A stretch of DNA of 56,787 bases from Pseudomonadota bacterium (GCA_031416315.1 JANOTL010000172.1:1-56787), one strand, 5' to 3'. Positions 8,033 through 18,899 are shown, numbered from the stretch's first letter. Program-made: numbers and translations. Notes: generated by a model from the sequence alone, not told the origin.

Positions 8033-9685
8033 TCAGTAATGGGTGTCGGGAAGGTCGAGCAGGCGCGGGCGGAAGATCGAGTTGACGTGCCTGGGCGCCA
8101 CCTCGTGCGGGAACCGCTGGTGCTGCAGGTCCGCGAGGTCAGCGCCCTTTAGCGCGAAGACCTTGAGCCCTGGAGGAAGCGTGGGCGCGAGGGCGAGCTC
8201 GCGCTTCTCCGGGATCGCCATCACGAAGCCGTATACGTTGGCGGCGATCCCGCGCACGGTCTTGAAGCCCGCCGCCGCCAGCGTGCTGTACATCACGCTG
8301 TTGACGTCGCGATACTCCTGCGGCAAGGCGGGAAAGCCTTCTTCTTCGGAGAAAATCGGCGCGTCGATGACGGCGAAGCCGCCGGGCGCCAGGCGACCGA
8401 TCAGCGCTTTGTAGAATTCGCGGCTATAAAGCTTGCCGGTGTCGTAATTGTGCGGGAACGGGAAGTCGACGAAGACCGCGTCGAAGGTCTCCTTCGACTT
8501 GCGGACGAAGTGGAAGCCGTCGCCGACGACGAGCTCGACCTTGGGGTCGTCGAGCGAGCGCTCGTTCAGCTCGGTGAGGGCCGGATGCGTCCGGGCGAGC
8601 TCGACCATCTTCGGATCGAGCTCGATCATCTTGATCGAGGCGAGGCCTTCGCCGAATTTCAGGAGCTCGCGGACGAGCAGGCCGTCGCCGGCGCCCAGGA
8701 CCAAGACCTTCTTCGGCGTCGTGCCGGCGAGGAGCGGCGGCAGATGCGCCATGGTCTCGTGGTAGAAGCGCTCGTTCCAGGAGTCGAACTGGAAACGCCC
8801 GTCGAGGAAGAGCGTGGTGACGGGTGGCGTCCCGGGCCAAGGGACCTCGGCGATGTCCAAGCGCTGGTACGGCGAGCGATGGCGCTCGACCTTCTTGCGC
8901 TGCTGAATGATCGCGAAGCGCTCGCTCACGGTCGCCTGACCTGCGAGCGAAGCGAATCGGTAGTAGTAGAAGACCATCGCGTGCAGGTCGAGGAGCTTGC
9001 CGGTCCACGGGAGCGCGAGCGCGAGCGCGAGCGCGAGCGCAAGGGGCTTCCAGCTACGCCGCAAGACCAGGAGCGTGAGCGCGTTGAAGATGCCGACGGC
9101 CAAACCGAGGGTCACGAGGTCAAAGCGAGGGAGGAGGAAAACAGCAAGCCCCAGGGTCGCGGCCATCGCGCCGAGGTAGTTCAAGCCGAGGATCGTGCCT
9201 TCTTCGTGGTTTTTGCTCAGGATGAGCAGCATCGGCACCTCGAAGCCCGTCCAGTAGCCGATGACGACGGTGATCGCCAGCATGACGCCGATGAAAGCGG
9301 CGAACGGCCACCAACGCGCGTCGATGAACTGAAAGAGGTTCGGCTGCGTCGCGACGTAGGTGTCGAGGAGCCGCGTATGGAACCACACGCGGTAGGCAGC
9401 GTGCGCGGCGAAGATCAAGAGCATCGCGGCGCCGCCGAGCGCGACGAGGCGCATCTCGAGGCGCATCAGCGTCGTCGCCGCGTCGGGGCGCGGAATTTTC
9501 TCCGAGCGCCAAGTGCCGAGGCCGAGGCCTAACAGATAGACGCCGACGGTGACGCTGTGCCAGAAGACGCGGCCGCCCGAGAAAAAGGCGGCGCCGTTGG
9601 CAATCAGGAGCTGGTAGGCGAAGCTCGCCGTCGCCAGCGCGGCGGCGAGGAAGCGGGCGCGCGCGGGTGAAAGACGCTCAGTCAC
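8033..9685 (-). CDS. speE: Membrane-anchored spermidine-synthase-like (class I SAM-fold) enzyme
   Basis: About 7 TMs, then SPYQRL, LFLDGRFQF, YHETMAH, VLVLGAGDG, IELDP, GDG, DFPFP, LYSREFY. Confidence 0.8.
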   Translation of the reverse strand: MTERLSPARARFLAAALATASFAYQLLIANGAAFFSGGRVFWHSVTVGVYLLGLGLGTWRSEKIPRPDAATTLMRLEMRLVALGGAAMLLIFAAHAAYRVWFHTRLLDTYVATQPNLFQFIDARWWPFAAFIGVMLAITVVIGYWTGFEVPMLLILSKNHEEGTILGLNYLGAMAATLGLAVFLLPRFDLVTLGLAVGIFNALTLLVLRRSWKPLALALALALALPWTGKLLDLHAMVFYYYRFASLAGQATVSERFAIIQQRKKVERHRSPYQRLDIAEVPWPGTPPVTTLFLDGRFQFDSWNERFYHETMAHLPPLLAGTTPKKVLVLGAGDGLLVRELLKFGEGLASIKMIELDPKMVELARTHPALTELNERSLDDPKVELVVGDGFHFVRKSKETFDAVFVDFPFPHNYDTGKLYSREFYKALIGRLAPGGFAVIDAPIFSEEEGFPALPQEYRDVNSVMYSTLAAAGFKTVRGIAANVYGFVMAIPEKRELALAPTLPPGLKVFALKGADLADLQHQRFPHEVAPRHVNSIFRPRLLDLPDTHY

Positions 9686-10358
9686 CAGCCGCCCCCATGA
9701 GCAGGAGATCGACGAGCGGATCGCGGATCACGCCTTCGAGGCTCGCGAGGACGCCGAAGAGGACGAGAGCCGCAAAGGAAAGCACCGCGTAGCCCCTGCG
9801 CTCCGATTTCAGGAACCAGAGGACGGCGAGAAGCGCATTGCCCGCGGCGACGACGAAGCCGATGCGGAAGAGACCGGCGTGCGGCAAGAGGAAGAGCGGA
9901 AAGACGACCGCGCCGACGATCATCCCGGCATAGTCCCAGGCGAGCGCGCGGCTCGCGGTGCCGGGCTTTAGGCTTTCGGCGAGCTCCATGACGAGCGGCA
10001 TCTCGTAGCCCGAGAGGAAACCGACGGCGACGATCCAGCCGTAGCTCAGGAGCGGGGCGAGCGGGCCAGGCGCGTAAGAGTCGAAGGCGAGGACGGCGAT
10101 CGGACCGGCGGCGCCGAGGGCCGCGAGCCCGAGCTCGACCTTCGCCAGGAGCAAAGGGCCGCGGACCGCGTGCAGCCGCTTCAGGAGGAGCGCCCCGAAG
10201 CCTAGCGCGGCGACGTAGCAACCGATCGTGGTGTTGTAGCGCGCGACGGTGTTGCCCATGGCCGCCGCGAGGCTCTGCGCCATGAGAAACTCGTAGACCA
10301 TACTGCAAAACGCGAGCGCAGCGGCGCTCGCGTAGAGAAATGCAAGGGAGCTTGTGAT
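9678..10358 (-). CDS. Stand-alone SpeE N-terminal-like membrane domain; putative ATC start at 10358 (first ATG 10301)
   Basis: Paralogous to the N-terminus of 8033-9685 (GYEMPL/GFEVPM, LAWDYAG/LGLNYLG). Its stop overlaps the next start. Confidence 0.8.
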   Translation of the reverse strand: MTSSLAFLYASAAALAFCSMVYEFLMAQSLAAAMGNTVARYNTTIGCYVAALGFGALLLKRLHAVRGPLLLAKVELGLAALGAAGPIAVLAFDSYAPGPLAPLLSYGWIVAVGFLSGYEMPLVMELAESLKPGTASRALAWDYAGMIVGAVVFPLFLLPHAGLFRIGFVVAAGNALLAVLWFLKSERRGYAVLSFAALVLFGVLASLEGVIRDPLVDLLLMGAAGD

Positions 10359-10399
10359 CGCGAGGACCTCCGTCCTCCCATACTACCTCAACCGCTCGC

Positions 10400-11455
10400 T
10401 TAGATCTTGCCGGCGGCCGCCCCCGGGCGGAAGGCGTTGGCGCCGCCGCGGAAGAGGTTCATCAGCGGCGCGCCGGAGACGCGCGGGACTTTCGCCGTCT
10501 GGAGGTTGAGGCCGGCGCCGTTGTTGGCGAGGTAGTGGTCGACCGTGAGCTTGGTCATCTGCCACTGCTTGTAGACGTGGCCGGTCTTCTCCAGTTTGTC
10601 GCCGAGGGCGTCGAGGTCGGCGGTGTCGCGCGTCTTCAGCGCACGCTCGGCGGCTTTGTCGATCAAGTCGAAACCTTTGGCTTCTCTGGCCAAGAGCGCC
10701 ATCGTCTTCGGATAGGCCTCGGTGTCTTTGGCGCGGAGCGTGGGGTCGCAGTTGTAAGAGTCGAAGGCCTCTTGATAGAAGACGAACGAGTCGAGCTCGG
10801 CGACGCCTTTGTACGTGGCGCTGTTGACGTCGATGCCCGGACGGGACTTCAGCTCGGCGAGGAAGCCGGCTTTCAGGGTGTCCCAGTAGGCGCTGATCTC
10901 GGGGTCCTTATCCTTGCGGAAGACGAGGGTGTCGTCGGCAACATCGGCGATCGAGGAGCCGGCGGAGACCCAGTAGCCCATCGCGCGGGTCAGGCCGTAC
11001 TTGATGGCGTTGACGTCGGGCTTGAAGTAAGCCGTGACCTCGCCTTCCTTTACGATCATGCAGCCGCCGACCTGCGAGCTGCCGGCTTCCTCGAGGAGGG
11101 CGACGCCCGCTTTGCAGACGGTCGAAAGGTCGTCGCGGAGCGAGACCTTGCCGCCCCACTGGGCGAAGTTGAAGCTGACGCTGGAGGGCAGCGCGGTCAG
11201 GGTCTTCATCACCGCGTCCTTGAGCTCCGGCGTGTTCGCGCCGAGCACGAGACCGTCGGCGGCGATGCCGGCGTTGACCTTGTTGTAGCCGGCACATTGC
11301 GTCTGGGTGCGCGCGCCGCCTTTGGCCTGCTCTTCGAGGTTCGAGAGCGACTTCGCCTCGGAGGCGTTTTGCGGCGCCTGCGCGCAGGCGTACCACATGC
11401 CGACGGAGGCGGCGGCGGCGCTGAGTGAGCCGAGACGTTTGATGACGTTGGTCAT
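10400..11455 (-). CDS. Putative lipoprotein with ATLF (anthrax lethal factor domain)-like pattern, no HExxH
   Basis: WYAC lipobox-like. LTALP..V..F...GGKVSL and QEAFDSY...R......PKT segments. Confidence 0.6.
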   Translation of the reverse strand: MTNVIKRLGSLSAAAASVGMWYACAQAPQNASEAKSLSNLEEQAKGGARTQTQCAGYNKVNAGIAADGLVLGANTPELKDAVMKTLTALPSSVSFNFAQWGGKVSLRDDLSTVCKAGVALLEEAGSSQVGGCMIVKEGEVTAYFKPDVNAIKYGLTRAMGYWVSAGSSIADVADDTLVFRKDKDPEISAYWDTLKAGFLAELKSRPGIDVNSATYKGVAELDSFVFYQEAFDSYNCDPTLRAKDTEAYPKTMALLAREAKGFDLIDKAAERALKTRDTADLDALGDKLEKTGHVYKQWQMTKLTVDHYLANNGAGLNLQTAKVPRVSGAPLMNLFRGGANAFRPGAAAGKI

Positions 11456-11553
11456 GCGAACCCTCACGAGAGATGTATGAATGTCCTTTCGGCTCGAAGG
11501 CCTCCCAAGCTTGAGGGTTTTCCTCAGTTCGCGAAAAGTGCTATGATCTAGGG

Positions 11554-12672
11554 ATGTTTCACAAGCCCGAACGGATTGGAACTCTCGACCTCCTGCGCGG
11601 CCTGTGCGTGCTTTTCGCCTGCCTGCAGCACTACGGCGGTCATTTGATCGTCTGGTACACGAGCTTTTTCCGCGAGACCGCGTTCACGGACGGGCTCTAC
11701 GCCGGGCACGCGGACCTGATCGGGCGAAGCCTAGCTGCCGACGTCGCGGGGCAGTGGGTCACGCGCCTGACCGTGCCTTGGCTCAGCCTTCTGTACATTG
11801 CGCTGGCGGCGTTCAATCTGGGCTTGCGGGATCAAAAAGCGTTCGCCGCGGCCTTTCCCGATAAGCTCAAGGCCTTCGGGGTCATGTTCATCCTGTTTAC
11901 CGGCGAGAGCCTGATCGTCTCGGTGACGACGGGCCACGGGCTGTCGTTCTCGCCGCTGCAGGCGTGGATGGTGATCCTGAGCTTGATCGCGATCGTCTAC
12001 CGGTACCTCGGCGTGCGGGGCGTCGCGGCTATGGGCGTTCTGTCGTTCGCGCGGTTCGCCTTGCCGGTGGCGAGCTGGAACGCGGCCTTCGAGGCGTGGG
12101 TGCGGACTTGGCTCCACCCGCAGTATCGCCTCGATGCCGAGCTGGATCTGTTCCTGCCGGCGGCTAGCCTCGGATTCGTTTACGGCTGGGTCTTCCACCA
12201 GCGGCCGGCGCTGCGCCGGCGCCTCTACGCGGCCTTGGCCGGCATCGCCGCGGTCGGCATCGTGATCTACCTGGCCTCGGGACGCAGCGCGCCGGCGAAT
12301 CCGTTGAACGTCTACGAGCACGAGCGCCTCGGCAACGAGCTGGTGCCGATGCTCGGCATCCTAGGCGTGCATGCGCTCACATTCCTTTTGGCGCTGGGCC
12401 TGCACGCGCGGGGCTACGCAGGCCGGGTGCCGGTGCTGAGCTGGCTCGGGGTAGCCTCGCTCTCGGTCTTCTTCTTCCACCGGATCGTCTTCATCCACGT
12501 TTACATGCCGCTGCGCGAGCTGGTCGCCAACTGGGCGGGATTGCCGATCAGCGTCACCATGCCGGAGCTCTTCGCCGCGGTGATCTTCATGCTGGCGGTG
12601 GTGGCGTGGCTGATGCGGTCGGGGGCGCTGCTCTTGCTCGCGGGCGCGCCGAAGCCGGCTCAGAGATCGTAG
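11554..12672 (+). CDS. Polytopic membrane protein, acyltransferase-3/DUF1624-like
   Basis: N-terminal RIGTLDLLRG...H and C-terminal LG..SL.VFFFH, about 10 TMs. Extended -10 TGcTATGAT 6 nt before the ATG. Confidence 0.7.
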   Translation: MFHKPERIGTLDLLRGLCVLFACLQHYGGHLIVWYTSFFRETAFTDGLYAGHADLIGRSLAADVAGQWVTRLTVPWLSLLYIALAAFNLGLRDQKAFAAAFPDKLKAFGVMFILFTGESLIVSVTTGHGLSFSPLQAWMVILSLIAIVYRYLGVRGVAAMGVLSFARFALPVASWNAAFEAWVRTWLHPQYRLDAELDLFLPAASLGFVYGWVFHQRPALRRRLYAALAGIAAVGIVIYLASGRSAPANPLNVYEHERLGNELVPMLGILGVHALTFLLALGLHARGYAGRVPVLSWLGVASLSVFFFHRIVFIHVYMPLRELVANWAGLPISVTMPELFAAVIFMLAVVAWLMRSGALLLLAGAPKPAQRS

Positions 12673-13205
12673 AGGACGTCGTCCCACCAATAGAGCTGCG
12701 GCATGTGCCCGTAGCGGCGCAACTCGGAGGTTGCGGCCTCGACCGTCCAGCCGTCGTGGCGAATGCGGTACGCCGCGACCACGAGGCCGGTGCGATCCTG
12801 GCCGTGGAGACAGTGAACGAGGAGCGGCGTCGGCAGCGAGGCGTACCCGATGACGGCGAGCGCTTCTTCGAGCTGCGCCAGGGTCGGGCCGCGGGAGCCG
12901 TCGATCTGGATGCGGCGGAAGACGATGCCGTGCTCGCGCGCGGCGCTCTCTTCGGCGCGGATGGCCGGGGTGCGATCGCCGTCCTTTTCCAAGCTGAGGA
13001 TCGTGCGGACGCCGAGATCTTCGAGGAGCGCGAAGTCGCGCGTCAGCAGCTTGCCGCTGCGGAAGAGGTCCGGCGTCACCGTGTGGAAATTGCGGATGCG
13101 ATTTTCGGAAGGAACGTCGGCTAAGGTGGCGATCTCGGGCGCCGGAGCGCGGTCGCATGCGGTGACGAGGAGCATGGCGGCCAAAAGGGCGTAGAGCTTG
13201 TGCAT
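12660..13205 (-). CDS. Lipoprotein Cys-based (PTP/DSP family) phosphatase
   Basis: LVTAC lipobox, NFHTV...LFRSG, active site VHCLHGQDRTG. Confidence 0.88.
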   Translation of the reverse strand: MHKLYALLAAMLLVTACDRAPAPEIATLADVPSENRIRNFHTVTPDLFRSGKLLTRDFALLEDLGVRTILSLEKDGDRTPAIRAEESAAREHGIVFRRIQIDGSRGPTLAQLEEALAVIGYASLPTPLLVHCLHGQDRTGLVVAAYRIRHDGWTVEAATSELRRYGHMPQLYWWDDVLYDL

Positions 13206-13326
13206 GGCGTCTCCCAAGGGGTTGATGTCCCCAAGATGCCCGCCGGGAGCGCCGGCGGGCAAGCACAAAGGCGACGTTTACACGATCTTTAGGCCGAGGG
13301 CGTCACGAGGCGGCCCATCTTTCACC

Positions 13327-13914
13327 TCAGGGAAGGTCGGCGGTGGTCCAGCGCTCGCGGCGCTCCTTCTTCCAACAGACGAAGGTCGCGGTGCGGCTGG
13401 CTGCGCCCGCGGTCCACAAATCGGCCTTCGGCAGCGCGACGCCGCCGGCGCACGCTTGGCGGATTTGGCTTTCAATCGGCTTGTAGCTCGCGGGTACGCT
13501 CGCGGCCGAGGGCGCCGACCCACAGTCGTGGAGCTCGGTCTTGCCCATGGGCTCGATCGACGTCGCGGCGGTCGCGTTGTTCTGCGTGACGGCGAGCGTT
13601 GTCTTCGTGCAGGCCTCGAAAGCGGTCTTCACGCCCTCCAAGCGTTGCGCCTTCTCGCAGGCGACGCGCATCTCCTTCAAGGTCTTCTCGCCCGAAGCCG
13701 TCGGCCATTTCGCCTCCGCATCGGCGCCGGGAGCGGCCCGGTCGAGTGCCGCGAGGCAGTCGGCGGCGTGGTGACGCAGGCCCATCAATGCGGAATAGCT
13801 GGAGACGCGCGTCCGCGCCGCCATTGTCGCGTCATAGACGGCGAAGACCGCAGGCGAAGGCGGAGGCGTCGTGACGCAACCGGTGGTGAGGAGCAGGAGG
13901 ATGCGAGCGAGCAA
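13327..13914 (-). CDS. Putative lipoprotein
   Basis: SD GAGGAG + TTG, LTTGC lipobox, six further Cys. Confidence 0.7.
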   Translation of the reverse strand: MLARILLLLTTGCVTTPPPSPAVFAVYDATMAARTRVSSYSALMGLRHHAADCLAALDRAAPGADAEAKWPTASGEKTLKEMRVACEKAQRLEGVKTAFEACTKTTLAVTQNNATAATSIEPMGKTELHDCGSAPSAASVPASYKPIESQIRQACAGGVALPKADLWTAGAASRTATFVCWKKERRERWTTADLP

Positions 13915-14036
13915 CGGGAGCCTCCTCGGGGACGGTCGGCCAGGTGCCCCCAGTTTACCTAGAAGAGGCCGCCGGCGCCATGCTAGCGTCCGAGCACTCG
14001 TTCGCTCAATTTCGACTCATGTCGAGAGGAAACATC

Positions 14037-14543
14037 ATGATCTACGATCTGACCAATACGCAGTTCCGCAAGATGCTCACCAACCTGAACGGCATCCTGG
14101 ACAAGGCCGCCGCGCACGCCGACGCCAAGAAGTTCGAGATGGGCGTCCTCTTGCAGTCGCGCTTGGCGCCCGACCAGTTCGACTTCACGCGCCAGATCCA
14201 GATCCTGTGTGACACGGCGAAGCGCGGCGCGGCCCTCCTTACGGGCACCGAGGAGCCGAAGCACCCTGATACGGAGAAAACCGTATCGGAGCTACGGACC
14301 CGGATCGAGAGCGTGAGCAAGTACCTGACCGGGTTCAAGCCGGCGCAGTACGAGGCGGCGGCGAAGCAAAAAGTCACGACGCCGCGCTGGGAAGGCCAAT
14401 GGCTCACCGGCGAGGAGTACGTCGTGAACCACATGCTTCCGAACTTCTACTTCCACCTGACGACGGCGTACGCGATCTTGCGCCACAACGGTGTCGACGT
14501 GGGCAAGAAGGATTATCTCGGCGCGATGCCGTTCAAGAAGTGA
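14037..14543 (+). CDS. DUF1993 family protein
   Basis: RLAPDQF, LPNFYFHLTTAYAILRHNGVDVGKKDYLG. Confidence 0.92.
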   Translation: MIYDLTNTQFRKMLTNLNGILDKAAAHADAKKFEMGVLLQSRLAPDQFDFTRQIQILCDTAKRGAALLTGTEEPKHPDTEKTVSELRTRIESVSKYLTGFKPAQYEAAAKQKVTTPRWEGQWLTGEEYVVNHMLPNFYFHLTTAYAILRHNGVDVGKKDYLGAMPFKK

Positions 14544-15212
14544 TCAGTGCGGCGGAAAGAAACGGTTCACCCGGCCGGTGGTGAAGTCGGCGTGGCAGGC
14601 GACGCAGATCTCCGGGGCCGGGCGCAGTCCGGCCGGAAACTCCGACTGACGCGCGAGCCGACCGGCGGCGTCGTAAACGTAAAAGTGATAGTCGTCGTCT
14701 CCGTCCGGAGCCTTGCCTGAAACGGCGATCTCCGTCTCGCGGACCTCGCCCTCGGGGGTTTCCGTCTCGGCGACGGAGACGCGCCGACCGTCCGGCGCCC
14801 GGCCGCGGTAGATGACGCGTTTCGCGCGCTTGACGCGGCTAAGGGCGACGACTTCGGTCGGCCAACTCTCGTAGGCGAGCTCGGCGCGGAAGGCCGAGAG
14901 CGTCGCTGGAATCAGGGTTTCGTCGCCGCGCTCTTCGCGGGTCTCCGGGTAGAGACGCGTCCAGAGGCTCTCGGCGCGATCGGGGTCCAGATCGCCGGCT
15001 CGATCGGCGAGGCGGCGAAGCTCGGCACAGCGGGCTTCGGGAAGGGTAGCGCACGGGATCTCGAAGGTCTGGTCGCCTTCCAGCGTCGCGCCAGCCAAGT
15101 CCCACGGCAGGATCGCGCGGAGCTGATAGCGCGCGAGGCCGCGCTGGTACGGGTCGAGGTGGTCGACGTTGATGAGGATGCTGGCGGCAACGGCTAGGAG
15201 TTGGAGCTGCAA
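14544..15212 (-). CDS. Putative exported mono-heme c protein (C-terminal CxxCH)
   Basis: Hydrophobic N-terminus. CVACH near the C-terminus. Confidence 0.65.
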   Translation of the reverse strand: MQLQLLAVAASILINVDHLDPYQRGLARYQLRAILPWDLAGATLEGDQTFEIPCATLPEARCAELRRLADRAGDLDPDRAESLWTRLYPETREERGDETLIPATLSAFRAELAYESWPTEVVALSRVKRAKRVIYRGRAPDGRRVSVAETETPEGEVRETEIAVSGKAPDGDDDYHFYVYDAAGRLARQSEFPAGLRPAPEICVACHADFTTGRVNRFFPPH

Positions 15213-15252
15213 GGGACTTCCGCGGCTGGAGAGGAGGCGTCACAGGTGATGT

Positions 15253-15267
15253 TGAGAATCATTATCA
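15253..15267. promoter_or_regulatory. Fur-family box
   Basis: TGAGAAT-C-ATTATCA, one mismatch to the 7-1-7 consensus TGATAAT-n-ATTATCA, 40 bp upstream of 15212. Confidence 0.8.
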
Positions 15268-15328
15268 AATTGGCGGGGGAGCGGTCAAGCGTCGGTTCGG
15301 CGTCCGTTTACGACTGCCATCGGCGGCC

Positions 15329-15946
15329 TCATCCGCCATAGGACGCGGAGCGGCCCAGTACGGCAGCGAAGCATTGGGGAACTTCTGCTTCGAACCGCAA
15401 AGCCACTTTCGTCTTCGGATGCACGAACCCAAGCACCCGTGCATGCAGCGCGATGCGCGTGAGGGGCCAGCGCTCGTGCGGCTCGTCGCCGACGACCGGA
15501 TGGCCGATGCCGGCGAAGTGGAGCCGGATCTGACGCCGCCGGCCGGTCTCGAGCCGCACGGCCACCATCGTGACGTTGTCCGTCCGCTCGATCACCTCGA
15601 AGTGCGTGCGCGCGTGCTTGTCCCAGAGCTTCGCGTCGATCGTGCCAGAGTCCTCGGCGAGCAAGCCCTTCACCACGGCGACGTACTGGCGGTCGAAGCG
15701 ATGCGCCGCCAAATCCTTCGAAAGACGCGCCGCGGCTCCACGCGTGCGCGCGAAGACGAGGAGCCCAGACGTCTCGCGATCCAAGCGATGCACCACGCCC
15801 AATCGGTAGCGCGCGAACGACACGCGATCCAGCTCTCGCTGGAGCAAATCGACCAGGCACGGCGCGTCGTAAGCCGGCACGGTGAGCAAGCCGGCCTCTT
15901 TGTTCACGACGACGACCTCGTCGTCTTTATGGACGATGGTGAACAT
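15329..15946 (-). CDS. RluA-family pseudouridine synthase
   Basis: VVNKEAGLL, VHRLDRETSG, ETGRRRQIRLH, GHPVVGD, LHA..LGF.HP. Confidence 0.9.
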   Translation of the reverse strand: MFTIVHKDDEVVVVNKEAGLLTVPAYDAPCLVDLLQRELDRVSFARYRLGVVHRLDRETSGLLVFARTRGAAARLSKDLAAHRFDRQYVAVVKGLLAEDSGTIDAKLWDKHARTHFEVIERTDNVTMVAVRLETGRRRQIRLHFAGIGHPVVGDEPHERWPLTRIALHARVLGFVHPKTKVALRFEAEVPQCFAAVLGRSASYGG

Positions 15947-16124
15947 AGAGCTGCGGCGTGTCGATCACCGACATGACAGGAGCCTCGCGAACGTGACGTC
16001 GAGTGGGTCGGGTGCCGGGAGATAGGGGCGCCAGTGCCGCGTTCAAGAGGACGAGAAGTGAGAGGTGCATGAGAAATTTTATCTTACTTAATAGATAGTT
16101 AAAAGATTTCTTGCCGCCAGCCCC

Positions 16125-16151
16125 TTGACTACTAGACGACCGGTCTAATTT
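16125..16151 (+). promoter_or_regulatory. Promoter with TetR (NemR-like) operator TAGAC-GACCG-GTCTA
   Basis: TTGACT at 16125 followed by a palindrome at 16133-16147 resembling the NemR-type TAGACC..GGTCTA operator. Confidence 0.7.
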
Positions 16152-16175
16152 TAGGATCAGAGGAGAAGCTTCCCC

Positions 16176-16760
16176 ATGGTCCGCAGCAACCACACCCGCG
16201 ACGACATCGTCCAGCACGGAACCGCCCTGATCGGTCGCAACGGGTTTCACAATACCGGTCTCGACGCCGTCCTGAAGGCCTCGGGCGTGCCGAAAGGCTC
16301 GTTCTACCACTACTTCGGCAGTAAGGAAGAGTTCGGCCTCGCCGTAATCGACGAGTTCGCGAAGAGCTACGAGGCGAAGCTCGACCACTTCCTGAACGAT
16401 CAACCGGGCTCAGCGCTTACGCGGCTGAAGCGCTTGTTCACGCACACGGCCGACAACTACTGCAGCGAAGCCTGCGCGCGCGGTTGCCTGATCGGCACGC
16501 TGGGCCAAGAGATGGCGGCCCAGCACGAGCGCTTCCGTGAGCACATCGACGCGATCTTCAAGCGGTGGGAAGCGCGCTTCGCCGGAGCGCTGGAGACCGC
16601 CAAGCAGGAAGGCGAGCTCGCGAAGGAGAGCGACGCGGCGATGCTCGCAAAGGTCTTGCTCGCGGGCTACGAGGGCGCGAGCCTCCGCGCCAAAGTCACG
16701 CACTCGGTGCAACCACTGAAGGATTTCGTCACGGTCTATTTCGACCGGGTGCTCAAATGA
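16176..16760 (+). CDS. TetR-family regulator (NemR/AcuR-like)
   Basis: HTH GVPKGSFYHYFGSKEEFG, GCLIG.LGQE. Confidence 0.93.
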   Translation: MVRSNHTRDDIVQHGTALIGRNGFHNTGLDAVLKASGVPKGSFYHYFGSKEEFGLAVIDEFAKSYEAKLDHFLNDQPGSALTRLKRLFTHTADNYCSEACARGCLIGTLGQEMAAQHERFREHIDAIFKRWEARFAGALETAKQEGELAKESDAAMLAKVLLAGYEGASLRAKVTHSVQPLKDFVTVYFDRVLK

Positions 16761-18538
<1,778 letters not shown>

Positions 18539-18545
18539 AAAAGAT

Positions 18546-18866
18546 TCAGTCGTCTTTCGCTAGCTTCGCGTAGGCAAAGGCGCCGCCCAGGCAGACGACG
18601 AGGATCGCGCCGTGGGCGGCGATTTTTTGCGTATATTCTGAGGCATCGCGCAGGAGGGCGTGCATGCCCATGGCGACGAGCTCGTACACGAGCCCGTAAG
18701 AAGACAAGGCGATCGCGAGGGCGACAAAGGCCAAGACCGCGACTTTCGCGATGATCGCCGTCTTGCTCGCGCCGATCACCTCCCGTTTGCCCAGGTCCAG
18801 GTAGGAGTCGAAAAGATTCTTCGAGGCACGCTTCAGGCCTTGGAGCTCGGTCGAGATTGTGTGCAC
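18546..18866 (-). CDS. Two-TM membrane protein (YqjE/holin-like topology)
   Basis: SD GAGGAG + GTG 18866. Amphipathic N-terminus then two TMs. Divergent from the DUF883-like gene. Confidence 0.6.
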   Translation of the reverse strand: MHTISTELQGLKRASKNLFDSYLDLGKREVIGASKTAIIAKVAVLAFVALAIALSSYGLVYELVAMGMHALLRDASEYTQKIAAHGAILVVCLGGAFAYAKLAKDD

Positions 18867-18899
18867 GGATCTTCTCCTCATGATCTGGTGACCCGGCCC

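Noticed and set aside
9011..9040. (GCGAGC)n microsatellite in the speE-like gene
   Set aside because: In-frame Leu-Ala repeat within a TM helix, so it cannot shift the frame.
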